A stretch of DNA of 64,000 bases from Lingula anatina (lineage: Eukaryota > Animalia > Brachiopoda), in NCBI GenBank assembly GCA_051362555.1, contig CM120641.1:8122001-8186000 (forward strand), in the 5' to 3' direction. A program made the position numbers and the translations under genes. The stretch's first letter is position 1, and each line of letters opens with the position of its first letter. Positions 40,001 through 54,092 of this stretch are shown one piece after another. The notes beneath the pieces are model-generated. The model did no database searches and was not told where the DNA came from. It was given only the letters and a program-made list of their open reading frames with translations.

Positions 40001-43000
40001 AGGAGGCACTGCAATTCCAGGAGGTAGCCTGTCTGAGGTTTCAAGTTGAAAGGGCTGTAAATAAAACCATTGATTACCACAATTTTGTCTTGTCTATCCC
40101 ATTAAACTTGGCTGGTTCATTCAATGGGATCTTTGGCAATTTGCTCATTGTTCACACTTTTTCTAGCTCCAATCATTGTTTTCCCAAAAATATGTATGAC
40201 CATGAAATATTGTATAATTCAATGGGGAAGAAAGCAGCAAACTTGCTTTCTGAAATAATTCATGTTGTTAAAGTTTTTAATGTGTATGATTTGATGATAC
40301 TTAATACATAATAATTTTTACTTATCAAGAGTAATAGGTGCAGAACAACCAGGCTGTACATGCACTAAAACTGATCATCAATCATGTTGGCCCCATTTAA
40401 TTTCCCAAAGCAATTTGTGTAATAAACTTTCTTTTTCAATCATACAGCCCATGAGTACATTAGAAATTAGTTTCCCACAGATGAAAATTATCATGAATGA
40501 TCAATCTGATCAAAATTCTGAAGGTGCAGCAGCTTCTAATCTTGACTGTTAACAACACAAAAGTAAAAGTAATAAAAAATTATTTTTATTATTTAATATG
40601 CCTTCACCATTTTCAATTCTCACATTAACTAGAGTTTCAAGATTTTAAGTGAACTTACTTAACCAATATTTTACTTTATGAATTTTTATCAATTATCATT
40701 ATATAGTTATTTGAGATTCTTGGTACAATGAAGTTCCTAGTTTGATATGATCCAAATGATACATTGTTGATTTAAGCCTTGAGGGATAACAACCTTTCAT
40801 AATTCTTTATATTTTTTCTTCTATCCTAGATACGAGATCCATATTTCACAATAAGTACATTGTAAACAGCTTATAGAAATATAATGAATTTTATTTTACC
40901 ATCAAAACAGTGGTTATCACATTTATTCGGGTATCTGTGCTTGCCATTGGACCATGCGACCTACATGCATAGCTACCTATTAAACTTTTTAGTAAAAAAT
41001 GTCAAAACGGAATTATTAACCATTGGTCATTATTGGAATATTGTCCTAAACTCCAGAAAATCCATTTTGGGCAAAAATAAATTTGTTATCACTTTAATAT
41101 TGTATGAAATAACTTTTCAGGTCATGTTTTCGCTGTGGAAGACAAAAGAATTGTGTGCAAAATTATTACAAACAAAAAGGATATAATGTTACAATGTTTA
41201 AACAGATGAATCCTACAATTGTGTCATGTATAATAATGAAATTAGCACACCTACCAGCATGAAAGGGGCATTTTACCCAACATTACACTGTTTTACTTAG
41301 AAACACAGTGCATTAACCTTTTCCAAACTTGTAAGATGACTTCCTTCATCAAAAAAGTAAATGCTAGCAATATTTAACCTCCCCTGTGATGATCTCTCAT
41401 AACCTGTCACAGCAGCATTGCACACGGATTGTGCTTTGTTTTGTATCTCGTCATTGTCATTAGTGAGGCAAAAGGTCAACACAATTGGAGAAGTCCAGAA
41501 TATCTGAGGAGGTCAATGACTGTTCCAAACTAAAGCCAAAGTTTGTACTAAGACTCCAACAATTTGAGAATATTTTAAGTGAGGGGGGAATTGTTGTCTA
41601 GCCAATGTTAATATGTTAACCCTTGCTTTTACATAAATAATGACCACTGTATACTTGAGTATGTGTGGAGAAGTCCTTACTGCCTTTTTAACAAACATTG
41701 TGTTGATTATAAAACCTCTTTCTTGATTTATGAAAACAAGCAATATTAGCATTTCTAATGATTTGATAATGTTACTTGCTTTAGTAGTTTATTTTTTTCT
41801 TACCTTAGATTGTATTTCCATGTCTTTTTTCTTTTTAAATTTTGATTCAGGTGTCACAAATACAGAGCACCCCACCCTCACAAACCAAGGCATCTCCAAG
41901 GACAAGTGAAGTACTGAATCGACTGCAGTCACCACCAGGTAAATTGTTTGTTTTAGGGCATACTTGTAGTTTGTGCCAAAAAAACTATTTAGGCTTCTAG
42001 CCCTTCAGGAAGTCGGGGTCTAAAAGTGGACTGGTGTTGTATCAAATGTATCAAATCTAAACTTTGTTACTACCCCATGGCCAGTGACACTTTAGATGGG
42101 TGTTTGCCTAAGTTCTGGGACCTAATATAATAGATGTAAATTAAGTAATTTTTTTCTACATAGAAAATTGTTAACCTGTATGGCCAAATCTATCACTGTG
42201 TTGTAACCAAGTGAAGGATGATGAAAGGAATTTTTTTTAGAAAAAATATTTGCCTTGTTAATTGCTAAAACTGATAAGTCGCTTTATTTCATATATGATA
42301 TCATAGTGAATCTTTTTATGGCATTTGAAAGGTGTTTTTAAACATACTTTTTTTGTAAAATATTGATGCATTATTGTCCTATAACTCCAATTGCTAGATG
42401 AAGTGTTATCCTCAATGTTTATCTGTTAGAACATTCAAAACAAAATAAAAACTTTCCCTTTTCAGTTGTGTCATCCCAGCAGATAGTTGCAGGAACATTT
42501 GGGTTGGGGATCAAACATCCCGCCGGCTATGATGACAAGAAGGAACTAGTTTCAAGAGGAAGACCACGTGAAAAGGACTCTAAAGGTATACTCAATATAC
42601 TATATAAAATAGCCGAAAACAGTGTCATGCATTATTAGTTGTATTAAGAAAAAGTACATTTAAAAAATAAAAAAGACAATTTCTCACAGAAATATCTGTG
42701 TTGTGGGGTGATCAGAAATAGAGCAATTTGTTATTAATAGCACTTTGAAAACACCAAAAATGTACTCTTCATACCTTGAAACAATTTTGGTCATTTCACT
42801 TTCAGGTAACTGGGTGCCATTAGATGAGTATTATTATAGTAAAAAGGAGGGAGATCCATCATACAGAGAGGAGAAAGGAGAATTCAGGTTTAAGGTATAT
42901 TTTTGTTCCTTGATAGTTCAGAATTTGACCTGGTAGAACTTGCAGCAGGCCTCAGTTTGAAAATTGTTGCAAGATTGAGAAGAAGAAAATTAATTCTACA

Positions 43001-46000
43001 ACCTTTAAACTTTCTTGGCTGGACTACAGGTAAAAATTTTAGACGAATAGGGTAAATATTAGTTTGGATCTTTTATTATGTAATATGTGGATGCATTTAT
43101 CAGTTTCCTTATTATTTGTATGATGTCTCATATTTTCACAATGAAAAATACATAAAAATGTTTAGAACTTTTGAACAACAGGATTACCATTTTATATACT
43201 GGTTTATGGATAAAATATGTGTATCGTAATTATTGTTTCAGTGTTGGTACTGTCATAAAATGTTGTACAACAACGTGAAGATGATGATTCACCTTAAGGG
43301 TCACATAGACTCTGAGAAGCAACAAAACTTGGACCTGGCAGACCTGACACAATGCAAACATTGCTACAAACAGTTTGACACACCCTTTGACCTCCAGTGT
43401 CACATTGAAAAAGTATGAATAGTTTAAGTGTCATGAACGCTATTTAAGTAAATTTATTCCTGTGTAGAATTCACTTATAATAATTGTTTTTTTAATGTAA
43501 GAAAGGTGGTTTATAGAATTTTCAGATTTATTTATGTCATTAAAAGGACAGAAATATTTGAGATTATTTCAAATAATGATAAAAAATAGAGAATAGATTC
43601 AGATGGTGAATTTTTTTTTTTTTTTTTGTTCATGTGTTAGAATGACTCAAATTTACAGAATTCATGGATGGCCAAAATTCAGTACAGATTCTTGTTTTAG
43701 CCTGTTACATATTAGTATTGTGAATAAGATTATCTGTTCCTTGTTATGTGACAAAATAATTTTCAGGTTCATCAGAGCAACACAAGTGTTCTAGTGTGCA
43801 GGATTTGTGAGAAGGACCATGACAGTCAAGGTGCGCTGACAAACCATATGCGCTCACATCACGTCGCATGTGAAATGCCATATATTTGCCAGTTGTGCAA
43901 TTTCCGTTCCTCCATTTTCAATGATGTTGTTGATCATTTTAAAAAGGTATGTAGAGTTTGCTTTTAATAATGTTACAATTTTACATATGATGATTTATGT
44001 TTGTGTACCATGTTCATATTTATTTGATGCTTTAGAAAAGTAATGTCATGTTTCATGAATCGGTGTCTTTGCTTTTAGCAAAGATATAAAGCTTTGGTTG
44101 TATTTGTTCTCCAAGCATTTAATTTTAATTTATGTTAAAATGTCACGTTAATACCACAGAACTATCTGATGCAAAACTTAAACTATAAATGTATAAAATC
44201 ATTTGTTTGTTGGTGCTTTGGAATTGTTTCACATGTTTCGTTTTTCCCATTTAAGCGCCATGACAGTTCTGCTAGTGTGATGTGCCTCTACTGCCTGAAG
44301 GTGTTTAAAATCAGCATGTCCAAGCAGAATGGCTGGGGCCTGACACAGAACTTCTACCAGCACTTACAGAAGCATCAGCTGAGAAACACTGTGAAAAAAT
44401 GCATGTCCTGCAAGCTCACTTTCTTGAACAAGATGGATGCCAAGGCACACAAGATGAGAGATCATTTGCCCAATCACAAAAATATCCTTGGTAAAGGCAT
44501 TCTTTTTCATTCATTCATTTTTATTATTATTATTATTATTTTATTATTTAAGATATGCTGTCAGTATTTTAAATTAGATTTTCATCCTTGCCTATCTCAA
44601 AGATATCTGTTACCCGTCAGTTCTTTTCCACTCTAGGAAATGAAAAGTACCCATCAGTTCTTTTTCACTCTAGGAAATGAAAAGTATCCTCTATGATTAT
44701 AAACTGTTTGTTTGTGTTTCAGGCACCATGAGTGGTAAATCATCACAGTCTGCATCCAGTCGTAACCAAGTGATGATCCAGGTGCCCAACCCAGCCTCAG
44801 GGGCCAAGGGGGAACGAACACCAAAGTCACTTAATGCGCCTGCTGTCGCCAAGTCCAGAGAGTTCCGCTCCATCCGTTTCCGCGACATTCAGGAATACAT
44901 GAGATGCTATGAGTGTCGGGATTACATGAATAGACCTGACCATTACAAGTAAGTTGATTAGTCCAAAATTACAAGCATTTTGTCTTTGTTAAATTAGGCC
45001 AAATTTGAATTGTAATTATTAGGAATGAGTGACAAGGCAGAGAAGCATATAAACAGTATTTCTTTGTACTGGTTTCTTTTTTGAACACATAAAAGCAACC
45101 TAGCAAATAATCCCAAGCTGAAATGCGCTTATTTAGCATGGAAATCGTTATGGAAACTGAAGTTTGTGATGAAGGTATGTATGAATGTTTATTTCAGGAA
45201 GTATGTTGAGTGCTCTATGTGCCGTTTTGCCACCTGCTGCAGTCAGTCGTATGCTAGTCACATGAAGGCGTTCCATTCTGGTGCTACCAACCCTGCCCTG
45301 TACATCAGCATTAGCGTGGAGAGGAAGATGGGACGGAGGCTTTACTGTCAGTGTGGATACTCCAGTACATATGGAAATTCAATTGGTGAGTAAGCTTGTG
45401 CTTTTGTGCATCTAGACATGGGGAAATAATAGCGAACAGATAACTGAATGGGGGGTTTCATGGGATATTAGTTCTTTTTGCAAGTTTTTATTGAAGTCTA
45501 AGAGGAGAGTGTGGATTTAATGTGAAAACCTGCATATTTATAAGTAATGGTACCCTTGGTATACATGATTCAGTGCATTCTGTGAATATTTTTAGTTTGA
45601 CACAATACAATCTACTTCAGTTAAGTATTACATATGATTGAGACTAGGTTTAAATAGTTGCAAATCCAAATGTATTTTTTTACATTACAAGTGATTTATT
45701 TTTGTTATTTGTGATTTATTTATTTTATTGGTATTATAGACTTGAATAAAAGGATTTAGATATTTACACCTTTTACTGTCTGTTGCAGCAAATCATCTAG
45801 TCTTCTGCAGCAAGAGGACTAGTTATGTACAGAAACCAGAGACCAAGTTCCTCGAATTGAATGATGTAGATGAGGAGTCAGGTAAGTGAGCCACAGCGCA
45901 GCATCAACTCTCTGCAAAGCAATGTGGAAAAGATTAGTGAAAAGCACTGGTTAGGGATCATACTGGCAAATTTAAAAAAAATTATTTAATTTTTATGTTT

Positions 46001-49000
46001 GTCATATTTCTGTCGTTATGTTCTTTTACATAATACATAACACTAGTGATGAATTGAATATTGTAAAAAATTAGATTACCCATTGTCAGTGGGTGATTTA
46101 TTTCATGGATATGTGTTGTGTTGTGTGATTTGTTCTTAAAACTAATCTTTATTGAATTAAAAGTGTAGAATGTGCACTTTATACAGCATTTGTGTGTTTC
46201 ATTAGATTATGAGCCCCATGAAGATGAAGAGGAGGAGCTGGTAGATGTGGCTAAAACTAAGAGAAAACCTGAGCCTGCATCGATATTCGATGCCTTAGGA
46301 CTGGTTAAGAAACAGCCATGTCAGCAGAAAGTCAGCAAGCAGATACAAGGTGTGTACCAGCATTGCTTTGATACATGGCTTTTAAGCTTATAAATGTTAT
46401 ATCATAAATATGGGGCTCTGCCTTGCAGTCATTGGAAGGATTGGTTGATGTTGTTAGTGTCACTTGTTTGCAACAAAGGTTTTAATGTTCTTTTTGAAAA
46501 ATGCAGCAGAGAATAGTCCACTGTATACAACGGGTGTGCATGACACACACACACACACACACGCACACACACACACACTGTGAGAAGAAATACACTTATT
46601 AGAAGAAACACAGTATGTGCTTGTGTTAAAGATAGAAAATATATTTAGTCACCTGCTAGTTTGTGTAATGAAGGCAGTTTTATTCCCCCCCCCCCCTCCA
46701 ATGAAATTTATTGAGTCAAGTAAATCCACAGACCTTCATCAGCTTTTATTAGAGGATTTTTTCCACAAAAATGCCTATTTTATTAGCAGTGTTGAAAGGA
46801 TGGAATTTCTTTTCCAAAGCAAACATTCTTACATTCAGATATACCTTACACCTCACTTATGACTAACTCCTATTTATTTCATACAACAAAGAAGAAATTC
46901 AGTTGGTGACTGACAATAAGGCAGTTCCCTCTACAGAAGATATTTGTTCTGAAATAATGGAGGATATATTAGATCATGTGTTCCCTGCTCAAGCAGCTGC
47001 AGAGGAGTTTATGAGCAGTCTTTTGGAGAATGTTGACTCTAATATCTTCCAGTGTAAAGGTACTACCCCTGCATATATCAGTTCCATATTAAGGGCTTGA
47101 TGTGTGGGTGTGGGTACATTAGCTGTTCATCAACACATTTCACATATCTTTTAAAATTCCTCTGCCTTAATTTCTCAGTATTCTTTTGTGGTTGTCTTTG
47201 TGTTGAGATTCATGTGACTGCCTGGATTAGACATACATCTTGTTAGTACAAGCACATGCTGTATCTTATTCCTGCTAGATGCTAGTACGTCTTTGCTTAT
47301 GTATTTACCAGCTAGCACTAAGCTTTTATGCATTTCATTGTAGTGTTGCTTTGATTGTAAACTTCCTTTGTACAGGTATTAGCATTTATTTAAGTTCCCT
47401 TAATTGTGTGTATGACAGAGAAATTAGTTTGGATCATGTTAAGTGAAAATGTACTTTTTCAGTCCAATAGCATGATTCTGTTGGTCCTTTTTTGGTTTTG
47501 TGATTTACCCTTGAATCAATCGTTTGAATCAATGTGTAAAAACTCAGCAAAAAATGTTTCAGTTTGTCATACATCATTATTGATTCTTCACTGTGGATTC
47601 TTAGGAGAGTGGGAAGCACCTTAAATTTGTTTTTTCTTAGATCTCTGAGATAATGATGGTTGTTGTTAACAGCAAATTAGCAGATGTATCTCATTCATCA
47701 GTGTCTTGTTACCTGCTTTGTTACCTGCTTGGTTGTGGGAGATGCCTGATAGCCCAATTATTCCTTAGAAAGCTCGGCCTATTTTGCATTTCTTGCTTTT
47801 CTCTGCTTGAATTAATAACAAAATGAGATTTAGCAGAATTAGAATTTAAGAGATGGATACATTCTCAGGTTTAGCTTATAAATTTCTGATATTTAAATTT
47901 TGTTGGTTTTGTTTGTGTATTTCTTTGAATATGTCAAATTATTTTACACATAAATTTGCATAAAAGTGATGGTTTTGGATAAATTTTTATAGATGTTCTT
48001 CATATCTCAGTATATTTACATACATTAACTGTATATCCAGATACCAGTCCAGATGTTGCTGCCCCAGTTGCAAAGTCCACAGACTCTGAGGAAATTCCTC
48101 CTGAACTAACAGGCAAGAAAAAATGGGAGACTGTGAAAATTTCTGATAGAAACACGCCCACCAGATCTTCTATTTTTCTTGGTGAAAATGAAGATGACAG
48201 CAAGGTATTGACCTCAGAATATGTGTATTATTTTCAAATTATTATTTACTAAATGATATGAAAATTAGATTCTAAAGAGTAACACCTATTTAGAGTAACA
48301 GTCTTAAATTGTGTTTGCATAAATTGTCATATTGTCAGCTTGTCTTGGCTCAGTCAATTTAGTTTCTCTGCTGCTTCAAGTTTTTTAGAATTCATTTTAA
48401 ATTCATCTTCATTCATTTTATGTAACAGGATTCCTTGAAAAAAGAAACAAAAGATACTACGGCTGCCAAAGAAAATGATGAGGGTGTAAAGGTTTCTCAG
48501 AAAGATGAGAATGATTTAGAAGGCAGTAGCACTAGAGAGCAAGTGGAACCAGACATGGAAGAAAACAATACTAATGACAGTGAAAGCAAGGCAGAAGAAA
48601 ATGAAATTAAAAAAATTGACATAGAAGATGAAAGTAGAGAATGTACAGTGGAAATAAAAGCTGAATCTTATGCTGAAGAAAACAATGCAGATAAAAATAA
48701 AAAATCTGAAGAAATCCATGGAGAAAATAAAAGTAAGCCCCACTCTGAGAAGACAGCTGATGATCTTGATGTCATAGATGGAGAACCTGGACTATTAAAT
48801 ACTGAGGAAGATATGGAGGTGGATGATGCATCCCAACCACAAGGTAAGATTCTGGAACTGTATGTGAACCAATGACAAAACAGAATTGACCTTTGATTTT
48901 ATTGCTTTCTTTGTTAAAACCGATATGAAAAACGAAAAGATTGACTTTCCCTGAGCGCTTTGAATATGTAAACGATAGTGCTCATTATTGTTCATTTACT

Positions 49001-51075
49001 AGATGGAACATACACTATGAACAGATTTATTTATTTTGAAGCACACATAAGTGGCTTCATTCACAGAAAAATTTGCCTTCATGGAAAGATTACTTGGTCT
49101 TCAAATGTGCATTTAATGGGAAGCTTATTTCACACACTCTGTCTTCTAACTCTGTAGCTGAAACTTCTACATCAAGTTTTCTATAAACTTTATAACTTGC
49201 AGAAGGTTTTTAATCATATTTCAGATTGTAATTGCAACATAAAGCTAGGTATGGTCTTGCATCCACTTTGTGTGTGTGTTTCCACTTGTGTTGTCATTGA
49301 ATGAAATTACCCCACCCCTCAAAGTGTTTCTATCCTATAGATTATTCCTGAAAGCATATGTTTCGGGGGTTTCTGTTTTATCTAAGTGAAGGCAAGTATT
49401 TATCAAGTAATGCACTTTCCTTGCAGTAACATCAAGTTGCCAGTAGAGCTATTAAGAGAGTTACACAGAACTTTTCATGTTGTCTAATTTCAGAGTTGGA
49501 AGAGAATGAAGATGCTGAAATGAGGTCAAATCCAGACCTTGACAATGCACCAGACACCCAGACAGAAAATACTAAGGCATTGGAGGATATCGACATGTCC
49601 CCTGTAGATGTTGAAATGGCCCCTGAAAGTAACTCAGTTGACAAAGAATCACTGCAGACGTATGAGAATAATGCCATAGGTGGCACTGCTGACCAAGACA
49701 AGCTGACAGGAGATCTGACAGCAGAATCTGAAGAGAGATCAGAGGCTGAAAGTGCTGCCACTGTTGCAGAAAAAGATGGGAACTTTCCTGAATCACAACA
49801 GGAAAGTTTTGATGAAGTTGACACTGGAACTTCTGGGAGTATTCCTGAATCCCAACAACAGAGTTTTGATGAAGTAGATGCTGGAACTTCTCAAACATCT
49901 TGTGAAGGTACTACTGTTGAGGAACAAGACACAAGTAAAATTACAGGCTCTGAAGATACAGGTGATGGAATGAATAAAGACAAGGGAACAGTTTCTGTAA
50001 AATTGGATGCAAAAGATGATGCATCAGACCAAAATGATAATAAAAATGCAGACAAATCAAATCAAATTTCCATGGAAGCCAAAGAAGATCCATCAGGTTC
50101 CACAGACAACAGTGGCACTTCATTAGGCTCTAGTGCCACTAGAACAGATGTCCCGGACCAAGAAACAACCAAAGACCTTTACAAAAAGGAAGATGAACAG
50201 AGTCCAAAGAAAGACCAGTCTGCTCCTGGACAGGAGGAGAATGATCAAGAGGTCAGATTTTAAGTCAAAAAACTTAAATGCCAAATCTAAAACCTTTTCA
50301 ACTTTCATGTTAATTCTAGTGAATGTTAAAAATGTACAAGATTCATTTTTTCCTATAATACACTTTCACTTTTTGGGTTGTATTTGGATATTTTAAAATT
50401 CTGAAATTTTAATTTGTTTCTTTTTATCTTAATACCATGCAATTACAGTACACAAATAAAGATAACTACTGCAAACGGGAGGAAGAGCTAATCTCCCCAG
50501 AGAGAAGGAAGGGTTCCTTACAAAGTGGTGACAGATACAGAGGGAATAGTGGGGATAGGGGCAGTGGAGATAGAGGGTAAGACAATAACAACTTCACAGC
50601 ACTGTGAATGTTACTTACTCATTAGACTTTCATACACAAAGACAGTTTAGACACACAAAAATATAGACAAAAAATGTTATTTTAATCTTCAGTAGGGTAT
50701 TCCCTCAGGTTTTGCTTTCAGTATTGGCTGATGTAGAATTGTTGTTCCTGCAGTTCCAGCAAATCTCCTGGGAGAGGACCTGAGCCACACTACTATAAAG
50801 ATCGATACAGGGACAGGGATCATTTTCATGACAACAGAGACTATCGTCATGGCAACAGGAACTATGGTTACCATAATAACCAGGGAGGTTACCAGGGCCA
50901 ATACCATCAGCAAAACAGAGGAGGTGGCTACCGTGGAGGTCATTATGGAAATCGAGGTGGCTATCAACAGGGTCACCATGGCAACTATGACAGAAATAGA
51001 GACTTTTATGGTGGACACAGGGGAGGTCACAATAGGCAACAAGGCTGGAGAGATAACAGAAGAGGCTACTATTGA
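37090..51075 (+). CDS. POGZ/ZNF280-family C2H2 zinc-finger protein with optional THAP exons, long acidic region and RGG/Tyr-rich tail; no transposase domain
   Basis: Phase-consistent exons: 37090-37330, 37815-38182, [39394-39549, 39835-40023 THAP], 41851-41938, 42466-42585, 42806-42894, 43242-43412, 43767-43946, 44256-44490, 44723-44948, 45198-45385, 45789-45881, 46206-46349, 46892-47059, 48041-48204, 48429-48843, 49494-50251, 50449-50576, 50754-51075 (TGA). [79 protein letters not shown] matches the POGZ/ZNF280 finger array. Confidence 0.85.
39394..40023 (+). CDS. THAP domain encoded by two exons (39394-39549, 39835-40023)
   Basis: TRQCCCVVYC..ITYHKFPKDKALRKQWLANIKRE..|IKAYTKVCSLHFKEEDF..RRYLLPGSVPTIF: complete C2CH, conserved P/W/F/P and an AVPTIF-type box; all junctions phase 0. 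Confidence 0.9.
46542..46578. repeat. (CA)n microsatellite, interrupted
   Basis: Directly visible. Confidence 0.9.
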
Positions 51076-54000
51076 GAAATAATACAATGTTGTTTTTTCA
51101 ACCAGCGGATGTAAAACATTTGATCATGATCCAGCAGTGATTGTGACAAAAAATTCATGTTTCTGAGATATTTACATCATTTGCTTGAGGGAATTACAGC
51201 AGACATCCGTGTTTTTTTCTACTCTGGAGACAAATAGCAGCAAAGTCTAGACCATGTGATAAGGTTGTATATTTTTTGTGCTATAAATGATGTTCGTTTG
51301 GTTTCAGAGTTGAGAGCATATTCTGCTTAGTTAAGTAGCATACAGAGCTTATTATGATATGCATACATAGTTAATTATTAATTGGTGAGTTAGACCTTTT
51401 TGTTCTAGCCCCATTTTAGAATAAATATTCAAATTTTAGAAAATTTCAGAGACTGAACTGCATTTTACAGTTTGTTTCTTTTTACACAAAGGAGGCAGTT
51501 GTCCTCTTTTAATAGACTGGTTCTCATAAAACATTTAAGAAGTTTGTAATCTCTTACAAACTGATTTGTTCTCAAATTTGGCAATTTTCTTAGGAAACAC
51601 AAATGTATATTGATAAGTGTAGCTTCATATTATGGAAAGACAAAGTAAATTTTGCTGTTTTGTACTATGTTGGTTAACAAAGAAAATGAATGGGCGTTCT
51701 GAGCAATGCAAGCTTTGTACACAACCTAGAGTCGAAATAAAATAATTTTTGCATTCTTGCCAAATTTTTCAATTGTTGAAAAGTAAAGAAATGAGAATTT
51801 TATCTGTGGTTGGTTGATAAGTCATTTAATCATACTTAACACATGGCAGCAATGGTGATTACGTACGAGTTGGCTGCATTAGGATATCATAATTTGTTTG
51901 ATTTGAGATTCTCGGTTATAACCAGGATTTATGTATTTTTATTTCATTATTTTTTTCACAGTCAGTATTGTTGATCAGATACGGACAAAGCGTAAATTTT
52001 ATTATGTCATTTTGCAATTATGATCAATGTGCTGAAAGTTATTCACAATTATTACTTGGATTTACTGAGCAAATTAGAAACTGGACACCAAAGAAGCAGG
52101 ACATCATGGTTAGACAACTACTTTGTCTCTCAAAACAACAATTTTTCTGTTTTGTCCAAAGAAACTGTCAGTGGCAATTTATGTGGTGTATGTATATTTG
52201 TCCAGTCAGAATATTATTATCTGACATAGAACTTCGATCTTTAGAGAGAATTGGCTATTCTTAAAGTGTTTACTTAGTCAAAATGCTTTACATTGCAATG
52301 TTGTGGGCCTTCAAATTCGTATGTCATCATTCTTGATTCAGAAATTTGCCTCTGTAGTTCTTATATTAAGTCAAAATATAGGACATCAATAAAGTTATGA
52401 AATGTACTTAAATTAACTTTTTTTCCTTTATTCGCGCCGCGCGTACAACCTTATTTATTTGTTAACTTTACGAATCGATTATTTGTTGTTGTTTTTTCCC
52501 CGTTTGATATCGCCTTACGTTGCAGTGGTTATAAAAATGCACGGAAAAGTTAATTTAGAAAGATGAACACTACACAGATCAGTCGACCTTATTAACTGAG
52601 AGTCGGTTCGTGATTGCTGACCGAGAAGCGAAGCGTCAAAGTTGATAGACCTTCTTCATTTGACAGTAATTTAATAATGTGCTGCTACCACAATTTTGAA
52701 CAGGTATGAAAAAACATGATTTAAGTTTCAATTTAATATAATATTTTTTCCAAAACTAAATTATTCGTGCGTTGAATGCAGTGTTTGGTTTGTCAAGAAA
52801 GATGCTGGATTACGTCACTCATAGCAAATCATTTTCTTTTTTGTCTGAAAAACGACAGGTATACAGTTAATACTATCACATGTAATTTATTTCAAGTTTC
52901 TTTGTACAGAAGATACATAGCCACACCATGAGATCACTCGACCAATTAAACCATGTACAACCTTGTAAAATATTAATTTTAATTGGCAAGTTCGTTTATT
53001 TATTGTCACTCAAAAATAGACTTGTAGTTTCATTTTGATTACCAATAAGCAAGGTTATATGGTATCTCAATTGAATGTAAAATAGCATTTTATTTATAAT
53101 TTTTGAACTTGTTAAAGTGCGTTAACAAGTACACGCACCATTTCTGACGTTTTGTTAAGAACTAGAATAGGGCCGATAGTAACATATTTCATGTAACAAA
53201 TAAATATTTCCTTGTTTCGAAGGCAATAGTTATTGTGCTCAAAGCACTTGATATATAGATAGTACTTTTTAAGTTTCTGATCTAGATGACTTAAATACAG
53301 TTGATGACATTTACACATGATACTTATTTTTACGTCGGTTGCCTTTTGAAACCAACAATAAATTGACCTTGTGGACAAAACTTAATAAATAATGCAATGT
53401 ACAATGAAAACTAAGTAACCAATTAGTAAAAATCAGCTGAAGGTAATTGATCCAATGCAATGGGAATATATACCACCCACTCTTCTGTCACAGATATCCA
53501 ATTTCTCGTAAAATGTTTACTCAAATTCTAATTTTCCCCAAATCATTGGCTATACAATTCTATTTTCTCTTGCTCCCTAAATCTCCCACATCCTGGATTC
53601 TAAGTCGATCAGAAAGTCCTTAATGGATACGTCAGTATTCCTTAACCTCGGGTGACCTCTCCCAAAGCAAGTTAAAAAAGACTTTAGTTATTGAAACCAT
53701 TAATTGAACATATCCCTATAAGACAAGGTATGTTCTCATACTTCACAGCGTTCTCCCATATAAAGACGTTGTACTTGTGTTTCCTAGTTTGGACATGATT
53801 AAAGATTCAGAAAGTCTTTTTTCAATTATTATTGTTTAAACATTAAAAAGCATTTCCATCGTTTTCTTTTTGCAGTGGTTTTCTGAGTCGCCAATCGCCA
53901 CTACTTAACGTACAGGTAATGTAAATAACAACATGCATTCGGTGATGGCACCTTATTCAGATGTCATTTTCTTTCATTTTAAAAATCACAGCTGGCATGG

Positions 54001-54092
54001 CGTTAGTATTACTTTCTATTTAACTCTTCATAAACAAAGCTTAGCATTTTACCTTTCAAACATATATATATATATGTTTTACATGTTCAACA

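Noticed and set aside
44611-44686. 37-bp intronic tandem duplication
   Set aside because: Ordinary slippage duplication with no sign of function.
50689-51087. Minus-strand 132-aa ORF and plus-strand ORF 50828-51082
   Set aside because: Shadow frames of the low-complexity last exon; splice phase gives the RGG frame.
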